This document shows positions 1-13,049 of a stretch of 37,625 bases of DNA, piece by piece (the stretch's first letter is position 1; every line of letters starts with the position of its first letter). Made by a program: the position numbers and the translations under genes. This DNA comes from Chiloscyllium plagiosum (taxonomy: Eukaryota). Below the pieces are notes generated by a model. That model was not told where the DNA came from. It saw nothing but the letters and a program-made list of their open reading frames with translations, and searched no databases. The stretch covers positions 1 through 37,625 of the forward strand of contig NW_025213944.1 of assembly GCF_004010195.1 (NCBI RefSeq), given 5' to 3'.

Positions 1-277
1 TTTCAGAATTGTATTTGTAGACACATTCTATTCTGCTGAAAAAGCACACAATCTGCAGCCAATCAATCCATGTGACATTTTATAAATTCATACTTTGGAA
101 ATAGAACCAGCCTGACTCAAGATGGGGATACAGACAGACTCTAACCTCACACCTCTAAAACATTGTCTGAGTTGAGATGCCAGCTTTTGTTTTATAAAAC
201 TTTAAATTGTGTCAAGAATGTGACTTAAAAGAAGTTCTGGGATTTGTATACTAATGAACCGAAACCTGCAACCCATT
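1..277. repeat. Interspersed repeat fragment (possibly PLE 3'UTR-related)
   Basis: Resembles a shark repeat I recall from memory only; no diagnostic motif within the window. Confidence 0.25.
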
Positions 278-1587
278 TGCCCTGCAGTTTTGTTCATTTC
301 CTGCTGGAGACTGGAAAAAGCTCAGAGAATGTGTGATACTAGAAGACCTTTAAAAAGCGAAAAGATAAATAATAGATTCTGATTTAAAAAAAGACCCTTG
401 CAACATGAGTTTTATTTTATGTGAAATTAATTGATTTTAGGAAAAGAATATAGTATAAATGAGTGATTTATTGTTTTAGAATCTCAATACCTATGATTGT
501 GTAATTACACTACACTACCATTTTTAAAAGCAGAACCATTTAGTAGCTGATAATTAGAATGTCAACTGACAGCTGTGTGAATAATCTTTGGTGCCACTCA
601 ACGTTTTGTTGGAACAGCTGTGGCCTTCCTTACTCATTAACATTTTAATAGTGTCTTTAGACTCCAAAACAATTTTATTATTTTGCATTACCAAAAAAAA
701 ATCAATGTAACATTTAGCACATGGAAGATTGACCCTGTTCTCAACAAATCCCACATTTGCTTTTTTCAAAAAAAAACCACACTGTTTCTCCAGAACTTGA
801 TACAGCCATTTTCCAAAATATTTTCTTTCGACTTGCCTTTAATTCTTACGATTTTCTGGCCATGATGCTCCTCATAGTCACATGATCCGCACATGTACAC
901 CAGAATCTCTTCTATGAATAGTACTGAGCTTTTTCTCCTGGCCAAAATGTTCACCATCTGGAACTTACAGCTCAACAGTATGCACAATCTGCAGACCCAG
1001 CATTGCTACCTTCTAGTTCAGCTCACCGTCTCACATCACTTGTTAAAGGTTTTTATTTTCTTTCTTTTGTGTGAAAGACTCTATGCTATGGCTGCATGGC
1101 TTATTGTTATTCCTAAAAGGGGGATCAGCTGGAGTATTGCATGATGTATCCACTGAGCAAAGCCTTTGACTGCATCCTCAGTTTAGAACACAGCACACAA
1201 CAAAGTTGACTAATCTTTATTGCTGTCACTATTGACTGCTGAAGTTCAATGTCAGTGGGGTTTTTTGTACTAATACTTTGGGAATTTTTGACTATTTCAA
1301 TGTCAAGTTAAATATGGCAAAAATATTTTTGCCAAAATGTTAGTTATTTTTCTCTATTTTACTAAATTTTTAAATGAACAATTCTGTCAAAACTAATCTA
1401 AGTGTGATAATAAAAATGCTTGCAAAATATTTATTAATTTTTGAGCTTTAGATTTTATTATGTATCATTAATAGAACATAGATTTTTACTGTGTTCGATA
1501 TATGTCCAACAAATGTAGATCACATGGCTCATTCCGCGAACCATGTAAATGGAACGCATGAATTGAAATAAATTAATACTGATGACT

Positions 1588-1910
1588 CTGTGGTTAGCAC
1601 TTCTGCCTCACAGCAGCAGGGACTCCGGTTCAATTCTAGCCTGGAGCGATTGCATGTTCTTTGTGCCCACATGGGTTTCCTCCAGAAGTTTTTGATTTCC
1701 TGTCACAGTCCAAAGATATCCAGGTTCGGTGGATTGGCCTTGCTAATTTACCCACAACATCCAGGGACTTGTATGTTAGGTGGATTAGCTGTAGAGAATG
1801 CAGGGTTATTGGGAAGGGTGGGTATTTGGGTGGAATGCCCTTCAGAGGATCAGTGTGAACTCAGTGGGCTGAATTGCCTGTTTCCATACTGTAGGGATTC
1901 TATGAATCTA
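1588..1910 (+). mobile_element. HE1-like V-SINE (tRNA-derived)
   Basis: gtggttagcacttctgcctcacagc head with B-box ggttcaattc, central V-domain, tail cctgtttccatactgtagggattctatga. Confidence 0.8.
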
Positions 1911-2597
1911 ATACTCCAAAGGATGTGATGATTGCTGGCGATAAACTTGATGCATTCACATGATGCAAGCATTGCAGGTATCTGTGGAAGGTGATTGGCA
2001 TAAGCTAACTATAGATTAGGAAGACACTTGATTCATGCAATTCATCCGAGAAATCCCGCCCCACACACACCCATTGCAACTTCAAACTAAAAGGACTGTG
2101 CTCCCAATACCACACATGGATTTCTAGGCCACTCTGTTCCTTTCTGGTTTTCCCATTACCTGTCTGAGATGTTCCCACACAGAGCCAAACTTTTTTTAGG
2201 TCGCAACAGAGAAAATAAAACTTGAGACTGAAGAAGGCCACTCACCCCATCATGTCTGTCCCAGCCAAATACACGCATGGTCTATTTTCCTGAGGAAATG
2301 CATGTTCAAGCATTTTCTTTTACACACAATGAAAGTTTTTGCTAATACCACTCTTTCAGATCCCACAACCCTCTGGACCTGACTATTGACTTCTCTACTT
2401 AGGAAATGGATCCTTCCTAATCACACTATTAAGATTCCCCATCATTTTACATGCATCAGTTAAGTCATCACTCAGACTCTTCTGTTCCAAAGAAAATGGC
2501 TCCGATCTATTATTATCACTAAAATTCACCATTCCTGGCAGCATCCTTATAAATAGTTTCTGTAAAGTATAGGTGAAGTCACCATCATCATACCTGA

Positions 2598-3613
2598 CCA
2601 CAGGGTTGCTCTCTTATCAGAGTGGTGGTTTAACCTGAGGATCACCAGGCCTGAGGTGAACACAGTGGTTATAAAGGAGGGTCCTTCATGGGAACCTCCG
2701 CCTGGTGCAGGAATGGAACCCATGTTGTTACAAAGTTGTGTAAAGTACTTGTGAAGTGGAAGGCAGGAAGTTAGAATTTGTTTCTAAAACTGATAGGGGG
2801 AAAGAGTGTGTGGTCCCTTTAAGAGATAAAGTGCTTTTCAAAACTTGGAGATTTAAAAAAAGAAGTCTGCAAGCAGCTGCAGATTACAGACTGTTCTGAA
2901 ATTGAAACATGTAACTATTGGCTGTGTGATTGGAAAATCTTAACATCAAAACAAGCTTATAGTAATCAGCTTCAATATTAGCCAATTAATTTAAACCAGG
3001 CCCTAGATAATAAAACCCAATTAAATTTAAATCTGATGGTTTTGAATGCCTGGAACCAATCTAATTGTAAAAAAAATTATGTCATCACAGGAATAAAGGG
3101 GGCAGTGGGACAGATAATATTCCTGACACCAGAATTCGATGGAGAAAGTCATTCGGAACAGAACAATTTCTAGAGAAAACATCCCTGAGAGAAGGATCAG
3201 TGGAAAAAAAGGCATTTATGACAGGAAAGACAGTGGTACATTCCAAAAAACACATCCTGTACGGACTTTGAAAGTCTAAGTTTTAATTTAGTTTTCTTAT
3301 TACTTGGGTTTCATTGGAACAGCATCCCAGTAGGATTTGTAGCAGGGAATTATTCAGTTTGTCAGTAATTCTGTTAATTTGTTCACTGTTAGGGTTAAAT
3401 AGAAAGGATGTTACTTGTTACTTATAAAGTGGAGATCAGGAATTCCTTTCATTTTAACCATTCTTTTAACCAATTACGAAGTAAGGTGGTTCTTTTGGGG
3501 ATTTAGGTTATTAACTCTCGGAGGTGGGGGGGGGATTAACCTCCGCTCCATACCAACATGATTGATACTACTGTGCATCATAAACCAGCCATCCAGTCAA
3601 CTGAGCTAGCTGA
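2598..3613 (-). mobile_element. tRNA-derived SINE split in two (2598-2725 and 3556-3613) by an LTR-like insertion
   Basis: On the minus strand the head tcagctagctcagttgactggatggctgg (A box) joins catgggttccattcctgcacc (B box) once 2726-3555 is removed. Confidence 0.6.
2726..3555 (+). mobile_element. Probable solo LTR (about 830 bp)
   Basis: Starts TGTTAC, ends CCATACCA (TG...CA), has no ORF and cleanly interrupts a SINE. Imperfect flanking repeat CATGT/CATGA. Confidence 0.5.
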
Positions 3614-3854
3614 TCCTTTGTCTTCTTTCTTCTGTATTTTCCCCCATAAAGAAAACTGTGCACAGTACCATAGATATATATTTAGCATAACCGACCTGCT
3701 GTTCTAATTTTGCGCTTCAATCAGTGAAGGAAAGAATCCTGTATGTTTTCTTCATCTCCCTACTGACCTGCCTGGGGATAGGCATTCCAAGGTTAGAATA
3801 TACTTCCACTCATAATAGTAGAGTCTACCACTACTTCAGTGGTAGACTCACTGA

Positions 3855-4017
3855 CTCAGTACTAGATTCACCAACTTTAAGGGCATTTAAATGGTCATTC
3901 CATAAACATATGGATGAAAATGGAATAGTGTAGGATAGATGGGCTTCAAATTGTTTCCACACGTCAGTGCAACATTGAGGGCTGAAGGGACTGTACTGCA
4001 ATGTTCTGTGTTCTATA
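3855..4017 (+). mobile_element. CR1 3' tail, same subfamily as the end of 32901-34187
   Basis: catttaaatggtcatt...atggatgaaaatggaatagtgtaggatagat is shared with 34063-34120; ends gttctgtgttctat. Confidence 0.8.
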
Positions 4018-4359
4018 ATTGTAAATTTTTTTGGCAAAGTCCAATACGCGTCAGATTTTTAAAAGAATTTCATACTGTAAGGCCTACTGGGCCTTAACTC
4101 AACGTATCTTACCGAACCTGTCTTATTATCTACCCACCATGTCCCTACGGCATCCCTCACTTCTAATTTCCACCCTCTTTTACCATTTGCCATTCTTAGA
4201 ATGTCTCCCCATTTAGCAGTTATTTCAAGACTTTACAGACATCCTTTGCAACTGCCCCATCATTAAAAAGCAATTTTGTACCTGGACAAGCACTGTCAAT
4301 CCGGAGGTGCCCTACATGGTTCCTGATATTGCCCCAGACATCTCGAATGGGGGAATTCA

Positions 4360-4573
4360 CTGCCCTACTTTTTTTTGGGCAGGGCCCTGGAGCGCTCGCT
4401 CGATGAATGATGCAGGTTTCCTTGTCTCCTTGGACTAGCAGTGGAGGACTGCTAGTGGAGGTGTGCCAACCTGGTCCAAAGTTGCCACCCAGGTAAAACC
4501 GTTTAAGCCATCTGGAGGAATGCTCAACACTGTAGGAAGAAGTATGATGTCCTTGTCCACTTCATCAATGTAA
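4360..4573 (+). pseudogene. Decayed Myb/SANT-like (trihelix) exon, probably Harbinger-transposon-derived
   Basis: Frameshifted RALERSLD ... WSKVATQV (4472) ... RNAQHCRKKYDVL (4516), ending at a GTAA donor-like site. Confidence 0.5.
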
Positions 4574-7472
4574 AATGCCACCATCTTCTTTGATTCCTCA
4601 CAATCACTCTATTTCTGCTACTGTACCCACCTCCAACTAATGCTCATTATTGTCTGCAACTCATCCCCACTTCACCCACCCCAACACACGATACCACAGA
4701 TATTGTATCTGTATTGAAATAGCGTGACTATAAGCATCGTAAGTTCTCAAGTGCAAGTCTTCAGTACTATGGCCAGAAGGTTGTCCGGCACAATAGGCTA
4801 TGTAATACTTCAAAGTATCTCTTAATTCTTTGCATCGAAAAGTGAACACAGAAATTAAGGTGAAGCATGATTGGACTGCTATAATGTTTGATCATTGCTA
4901 AAAAAGTGAAAATGTGATACAGAACATGCAATATATTCTACATTTACTGCTTTGTTCATTGCTGAACAGGCATGTTTCATACTAAAATTACAAACATCTG
5001 CATTATCGTTTATCTGCCACAATTGTACTATGCAAGATAGATTCTTGATATTAGGGTGTCATGGCTACTAGGCATGCGCACAATGTGATCAATGAACTGC
5101 AGATTGATGCAGTTTGTGTAGTCCCCATTTTTAAAATAATGTAATGTCTTATGTTAATACAGATCAGCAGTCAAACTTTTATTTCCATACCCTAGGAAAT
5201 CTAATCACAATCTAGGAAAAATGTCCTTTCACAAATGGAGCATCCAGTGGACTGTGCAGGAATTGCTTGCGTTTCCTTTGCAGTGCTAAGCAAATAATTT
5301 TATGTCCTATAACTATTAAAAAAATTTAAAAAATTTTTTTTCAACTGTATTTTATAAATAAATGGTTTACCCAGGCACACCTTGCTCACACTGAAAATCG
5401 GATACGCTTCAGAACAGAAAACAAAACAGAAGGAATGTTTGGTCAAATGCTCTCTATCAACTATACTCTTTCTTATTTAGGAAAATTACACAATTTGTCT
5501 AAAATAGGTATTCCAAATTGGCAGCAGTTCTCTCTATACATGTAATAAAGATTTAAATATGATTACAAAAAACACTGCCACTTCAACACTTTCATGAGAT
5601 ATGGGATCATGGTGAAGAAATGATCTCAAAACATGTTGACTTTGCAAACAACAGTTTAAAAGAAGGCAAGATGATTTTCTGCATTGCCTTCATATGTTTT
5701 AATGTGAGAAAAATGTGGACTGTCTCCACAGCTCACTTTGACTTCTTCATTCTCAATTTGAGATTGAGCACAGAGCAATACAATCAACCTTAATAACGAT
5801 GCAGAGATCTTCCCTGTGAGGAAATAGATTGTTTACAAGTTCCTGATGAAGAGCTGGCCTGAAGTTATTAACCATTTTTTTTTTAAGATACTGAATAAAC
5901 CTTTTGTATATTTCTACAGGGCATTTATCCTTTAGATCTGCACTTGTCCTGTAGCCCCAACCTCCCAAACACTGAAGAATCCCCAAATTTCTAGCCTATT
6001 AAATCTTTCTTTCAACAATCACAAAATACAAAATATGCCAATTTTAAAAACGCAAAGTAATAATGACAAATAATCGTGACAATTCGGGAATCTTTTTAAG
6101 ATGATATGTTTATTTGAAGTTTCTTCTTTGTAGCTATTACAGTTTACCATTCTTTATTATTTGATAAATGTGAAGAACTTTTTATCTCCGAATGGAAATC
6201 ATTTATGAGAAAGTGAAAAGGAAACTGATAGCAATTACTTTATAGTAAACATTATCAAGATGCTGAAATCTGCAACATGTATTAGAATAACATGACAAAT
6301 ATACAGCACATAAAAATACCTGTATATGTACACAATCCACAAACTGAAAGAAGTACACATAATTCATATACAATGGTATCACTCACATCAACTGTTCCCT
6401 TTTTGTGGGCACTATCATCAAAACATTGGCCGTGCACATAGAAAAGTGGTGCTAAATTCATAATAAAACATTGTTCCTCAGATAAATCTGTACATTAACT
6501 GTTCCATGTGTTAATTTTAGAATGTCCTCTTTCTTTTCTGTGATAACAATTTTTGACTTTGAATTCAAAGAAATGGATGAGTTGAACTTTAAAATATAAG
6601 CTGTTTATATCTTATTAAAAAGTAATGATGCCTTCCTTGTACTATTCCAGAAAGTTAAAACTTATTTTTTTTAATTTAGAGTTTGTGGGTGTCATCTGAA
6701 ACTGTTAATGGGCAGAAGAGTTGATTTTGAAGAATAATGTTTTTCTTGTTTCATGTTCTATTAGTACTAAGATGCTGAATTTGAAATGATCTTAAATTGC
6801 CATTGGTAAGGCTACCTAATGAGATTAGCAAGACTGTAAACATGACCAGGTGACTAGCATTAGCTATCACGCTAAGGAACATCTTTGGTTCCAACCGGCA
6901 TGTATGGACAGGGTAAGGCAGACAGGTCAGACTTTCAAAAAACAGGAAGTACTTGCGCATATGCAACTCACAATATCTAGGGAGCAAAATGAGTTTCTTT
7001 TTCAACTCTGTCCAAAGTATTCGTTTGGAATGAAATGAAATAAGGTGTCAACAGAGAATGAGTTTGATCTCTGCGTATAACTCCTAAATCAAAGGCCATG
7101 GTAGAGTCAGTGTTCTTGGGAAGATGTGAATTTGACTAGTATGCAGCCACTTAAATGAAGAACTTGAGGTTCAATAGGCCTGCCTCTAGACGGAGATTCA
7201 GTAGTCTTCCCTGTCAATCATTGCATTTGTTCCTCCCCTTCTATCTGTTTCTATGTAAGGCAAGACAATGAAAATGCAGCAGGTCACAAACATCTTAAAG
7301 ATTTTGGAGGGGCTACATTGTGTTACCCTGGTTGATTTGTCTAAAATGTGAATGCTTTTTCTTACCAGTTGAGCATAGTACTGATACCAGACATTCATTA
7401 CCTGTCCTGCCACCCTTAATCAGTTTTCATTAATTATATTCTCCATTGATTCCAAGCAGTTCCTGTATGCTC

Positions 7473-8238
7473 TTAGAACATAAGAACTAGGAGCAGGAGT
7501 AGGCCATCTGGCCCTTCCAGTCTGCTCCACCATTCAAGAAGATCATGGCTGATCTTTTCATGGAGTCAGCTCCACTTACCCACCCTCTCACCATAACCCT
7601 TAATTCCTTTACTGTTCAATAAAATATCTCTTAGTTTTAAAAATATTTACTGAAGTAGTGTCAACTGCTTCACTGGGCAAGAAATTTCATGGATTTACAA
7701 CCATCTGGATAATGAATTTCCTTTTCAATTTAGTCCTAAATCTGTTCCCTCTAATCTTGAGACTATGCCCTCTTGTCCTCGTTTCACCTGCCAGTGGAAA
7801 CATTCTCTCTACTCCTATCTTATCTATTCCCTTCATAATTTGCTATGTTTCTATAAGTTTCCCCCCCCCCCCCTCATTCTTACAAATTCCAATGAATATA
7901 ATCCCACTCTACTCAGTCTCTCCTCATAAGCCAACCCCCTCAACTCCAGCATCAACCTACTGAACCTCCTCTGCACCCCCTCCAGTGCCAGCACATCTTT
8001 TTTCAAATAAGGAGACCAAAACTGCGCACACCACTCCAGATGTGGCCTCACCAGCACACTGTACAGCTGCAACATAACCTCTCTGCTTTTAAACTCAACC
8101 CCTTTAGCAATGAAGGACAAAATTCCATTTGCCTTTCTAATTACTTGTTGTACCTGCAGACCAACCTTCTGTGATTCATGCACAAGGACACCAAGGTCCC
8201 TCTGCATTGCAGCATGCTGCAACCTTTTACCATCCAAG
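7473..8238 (-). mobile_element. CR1 LINE 3' fragment
   Basis: ORF 7851-8237 RDLGVLVH...VRPHLEWCAQFWSPYLKKDVLALEGVQRRF; tail gaacataagaactaggagcagg at the 7473 end. Confidence 0.9.
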
Positions 8239-8351
8239 TAATAATAGTTTTGAGGTCCTCATCTTGCCTGATCCTCTTAGGGATGCAGAATAGCTGCCAT
8301 AGTGTTCTCACCTTGCCCAATCCTCTACGTAATGAAGACTCCTTGTTTTGT

Positions 8352-8559
8352 GTCAAGAGTGTGGTGCTGGAAAAGCACAGCATGTCAGGTAGCATCCGAG
8401 GAGCAGGAGAATTGACGTTTCGGGCATAAGCCCTTCATTAGGAAACTTATGCCCGAAATAGTGATTCTCCTGCTCCTCCAATGCTGCCTGACCCGCTGTG
8501 CTTTTCCAGCACGACACTCTCGACTCTGATCTCCAGCATCTGCAGTCCTCCCTTTCTCC
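8352..8559. mobile_element. Penelope-like pseudo-LTR fold-back (family B)
   Basis: Arms 8352-8430 and 8446-8524, 35-bp extension. Hammerhead remnant gggcttatgcccgaaacgtc with core mutated to CTAATGA. Confidence 0.8.
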
Positions 8560-8827
8560 TTTTTTGGGTTCCTCACACTCACACTCCTCTAGGTAATGCT
8601 GGCTGTCAGGCGAGGTGAAAATCCTGAGCCAGATTCTCTCTGATAGTTGCTGCCTTCTGCAAGGTACTCACCTCGCCACTCGACTCAGCATCCTTTTAGC
8701 ATTCACTGTCAATTCCCCTCAGAATATTTTATGTTTCAGCAAGATCACACCTCATTCTTACAAACTCTAATGGATATAGAATCCACTGGTTCAAGATTTC
8801 TCATAAGGAACCTTCTCTATATATAAA

Positions 8828-9322
8828 GTCATAGAGATGTACAGCATGGAAACAGACCCTTCAGTCCAACCCGTTCATACCAACCAGATATCCCAACCCA
8901 ATCTAGTCTCCCCTGCTAGCACCCGCCCCATATTCCTCCAAACCCTTCCTATTCATATACCCATCCAAATACCTCTTAAATGTTGCAATTGTATCTGCCT
9001 CCACCACTTCCTCTGGCAGCTCATTCCATACACGTACCACCCTCTGTGTGAAAACGTTGTCCCTTAGGTCTCTTTTATATCTTTCCTCTCTCATCCTAAA
9101 CCTATGCTTCTGGACTCCTTGACCCCAGGGAAAAGACTTTGCCTATTTACTCTATCCATGCCCCTCATAATTTTGTAAGCCTCTATAAGGTCACCCCTCA
9201 GCCTCCACTCCAGGGAAAACAGCCCCAGCCTGTTCAGCCTCTCCCTATAGCTCAAATCCTCCAACCCTGACAACATTCTTGTAAATCTTTTCTGAACCCT
9301 TTCAAGTTTCACAACATCTTTC
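8828..9322 (-). mobile_element. CR1 (HER1-like) LINE 3' fragment
   Basis: LERVQKRFTRML..LGLFSLE..LRGDL; FTQRVVRVWNELP; (gtcataga) tail. Confidence 0.9.
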
Positions 9323-10552
9323 TGATGTCGGTCAAATTAACATTCTCTGAGCTGCTTTGAGCACATTTATATCCTTTTCTAAATAAAGACTTTAAAAAAG
9401 GAAGTGATAAGCTAGATGTGGTTGCACCAATAACTGCTACCAGAGTAGGAAAACATCCTGACTCTTGTATTTCATTACTTGCAATTGAAAGCTGGTTTAA
9501 TGCTTTTTTGAGAATACACATTTTGCTCTTGGACCAACACCTCAGGAAAAAAACCCCATCCATTCCTCTGTTTTGGGGCAGGATTTTCAACATCTGGTAG
9601 TTTGCATTTCCCTTAAATGCTGCCTAATTCTCTTCTGTCCCCTCTTCAGTCGTCATAACACAATGGATTGCCAGACCTAGCTCTGAGAAGTCTTAGTTTA
9701 TGGGTACAGGCGGTGTGGGATGAGGACCTATGGTTTCACACTCTTTAAAAAGTACTCAAATATTTCAGGAGCTCCATTTTGTAATGGCTTGTAGAGAGAG
9801 TTTTTCACTCCAGTGTGAAGGGTGTTGGTAACAATATCCATGGAACTGTTTTGGGCTGGTTTGCTGACATGTCCATGTGCTGTTTCAGTGTCATGGTTCA
9901 TCTTCCCAGCAGTAGTGGGTGCCCAATTAGGAAATGCAAGGAGCCCTTATTCCAGCAATAGATTGAAATTTTCCCAATGGTCTGTCCATTCCATGTTGTT
10001 GGGAATCCAGCAATACAGCAGTATGTCCATTTGAACCCTGTTATTACTAATTTCTGGCAGTAAGTTACAGTGCTCAGTTTTCCCAAACAGAGCATGCCAT
10101 TGGAGCAAAGACAGAGAGATTGATGTCTGCACTTATATAGCTGTTCCTGCAATGGCAGCTGATGCACACCTGCAGAAAATGACCCAACAAGCTGCTTCTA
10201 CTCTTAAGGCTGGCCTGTTAGCAATGCCCACACAGTGAGGTAGATAGATGACCACTCTGAATGAACCTCCCAGCTGTTGGACTTGGCAATGGGATAGGGC
10301 TCCCAGAACTGGCTTCTTAATTTGCTGCTCATGGGAAAATCATGCCTGATTTCTCATGATGGCTACTTCTAAGTTTTGAATTTGGAATCAAGGTGATTAT
10401 TAGGCATGCTATCATCCAGAAAGATTTGACTCAAAGGCTGGAATATTGTGCAGGTGATGGAGGCCTTGCCTGCCAGTCTGAGAACAAGCAGGAAACTCAC
10501 ATTGTCTCAACACTTGGCCCCTCTTCACAGGGAACACATTTTATAAGGCTTG

Positions 10553-10812
10553 GCCCATTCAGGATAGGAATGAGGAGAAATTCTTCTGAGGGTTTTGAGT
10601 CTTTAGAATTCTCTGGTCCAGACAGTGATGTAAGCAGAGTCATTGAATAATTTAAGGCAAAGCTAAATAGATTCTTGACTAACATGAGTTAATCTGGGGA
10701 AGATTAAAATGTGGAGTTGAGTCCACAATCAGATCAGTCATGATTTTATTAAATGATTGAGTAGGCTCAAGATGCCAAATGGCCTATTCATACTCCCAAT
10801 TTGGATGTTTGT
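10553..10812 (+). mobile_element. Old CR1 3' end
   Basis: ccattcaggataggaatgaggagaaattc ... agatcagtcatgattttattaaatg ... aatggcctattcatactcc. Confidence 0.6.
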
Positions 10813-13049
10813 TTTGAGAAGGTCTGTTGTATCTTCTTCCACTCGGGCAGTTTGTAGGTCAGAGGTGGGTCTTCTGCCAAGATGAAGGACCCTTGGGCAG
10901 AAATCCCAACCATTAAGATCTGATCAATTAAAGACTGGCAGCTCTATTCAGTGCTCAGGTCATCAGGGAAGTGGTAGCTCCTGCCAGTAAGTCACCCACC
11001 AATGGCCTAGGATTATTACTTAATCCCAGCGCAAAGATGATGGGGATCATAGGGGCAGGAGTCATTAGCAACAGCAGGGGGTTAGTTCTCAGCAGGTATC
11101 CCTCATTATCCGTTGATCAAAGAAGAGTCTTTAACAAGAGACCCTTCCCTGGCGGCTGCAACCCACTGGCAAGAGCTTACATGTGAAGTCATTTAATGTG
11201 AGGAGGCTTTTGCTGCACTGCTGGACAAGAATCCTTCCAGCTCTTACCCTCCCCATATCAGAAAGGTTTGCAGGTTACTATTAACCTGTCTGGCAATATC
11301 GTAAATGCAACTTTTGTGGTGACTGAGTCCCGGAATGGAGCATGAACCTGGAATTTCTCGCTAAGAGGAAGGGATCTTACCAACTGCATCATGAGACCTC
11401 ACCCAATTACAAAATAGTAGTCAACTTGCAGATAGTCTTAAAAAGTGTGGAAGCCATAGCTTAATGGTGGAAATTCAGCAGCTTCCACTTGATTTCTCCA
11501 ACTTAAAAATTCATGCACATATTGCTGCTTGAATTTCTTCACACTTTAAGTCTGTCTGTAACTGACTGCTACATCATAATTAATCTCATTTGTTTGCTTC
11601 AAGCTGATAGTGCTCCAGCTCCCAAGATTTATAATGGAAACTAACTAGACTCTTATTTAGGATTGAAAAGGTAACTGTAAGGCTTCACTGTCCAGGTGGA
11701 GTTGCCTTCCAGGAATAACTAATTAGAAAATCTCTGAACATTATTACCAAGGGACACTATACATTTCCAACTTAATAAGTAAAGTGGAGATCATAGCTGC
11801 TCTGATCGAGTTGCAGAATTGACCCCACCAGAGTTAGTAACTCATCTTGTCTTTTGTAGGCTCAAACACGTCAGAATGTAGAAACAATAATTTGTTTGAC
11901 ATGTTGACTCAGTGGAACATCTTTACAACTAACAGTTTGAGGTCATTGGTGTCTCAACAATGAATTGGCCTGTTCATTCCATGAGGAAAAATTAGGCAGA
12001 ATTTAATGTAATCTATCATCACAGTACTCTTCTTAAACAGTGGTTGCCAGAAATTCTGAGAAACAACAGATTTATAAAACTAACAGTCTTGATCAGCTTG
12101 CAGATGCTTATTAAAATAATGAAAAATCCAGATATAAACAAAATACCATTGACATTTCTTATTGGGAAAACATTAGCTGCCTGGCTTAGAATATGTCAAG
12201 TCCTGAGGACTTGTGACATAACAGTATCTGTATCTTTTGTCACAGAAGATTCAAAATATATTGAAAGAAGAGAAACATTGTTATTTTAAGAAATGACAGG
12301 ATCTCTAGTTTGTGCCTGTTGTTTCAGGATGATTTACATTATATAAAAATGTTCCAAATAAAGTGCAGTGGTTACCGACCCTCCCATCACTTTCCGATGC
12401 TGCGCTCTGTCTGCTGGTTTGTTCTCTCCAACTCACCCAATGTTTCCACATATTGACTAACAGAACAGTTATCTCTAATTCTTCCTAGCTTTTGGTTTTT
12501 CTGTATTAATGTGGGAGCCTTTCTACCACAGAAAATGGATTAACTCAGCAGAGAGAGAATGGCACTAAGACCTGGAATTCTGTGTTGTTGGATTCACCAA
12601 ATTCAAATAGTCAAACACCAGCATGGAAATAGGTTTGGGCCAGAATTTGAAGGTGAAATTGCAGAATGTTAAATATGGGTCTACACACCATTATCATGCA
12701 CAAACTGGTCAGCAACTTGTGGAGAAAAATCATAAACCGATTGAATTGCAAATTGCTGACCAAGCAGTGCCTGTCCACTATTAGTTTCATGAAATGACAT
12801 ATTACCCTTAACTTATTAAATTCATGTAGGGAGGAGAGTTTTACTGCTGAACCAGAATTTATTGCCCATCCCTAATCGACCTGGAAAAGGTGGTGGTGAA
12901 CTGTCTTTTTGAATCATTGTAGCCCATTTTATGTGAATACACCCACAGTGTTGTTAGGAGAAAGTTCCAGGATTTTGGCCCAGCTATAGTGAAGGAACAA
13001 CAATATTGTTCCAGTTCTGAATGGTGAGTGGCTTGTGGAGGAATTTGCA

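Noticed and set aside
554..1144. Overlapping short ORFs on both strands, possibly a frameshifted gene
   Set aside because: No recognisable domain or convincing splice sites; consistent with chance ORFs.
5851..5885. ctgatgaagagctggcctgaag hammerhead-like motif
   Set aside because: GAAA and stem III are missing; at most a very old PLE remnant.
9850..10180. Minus-strand IAGFP...WNKG.LH resembling a HARBI1-type DDE transposase
   Set aside because: Too degenerate; catalytic residues cannot be placed with confidence without a profile search.
7240..12290. Plus-strand exon-like segments with good acceptors (about 7260, 11860, 12246)
   Set aside because: Weak or absent donors, no homology recognised and no consistent reading frame linking them.
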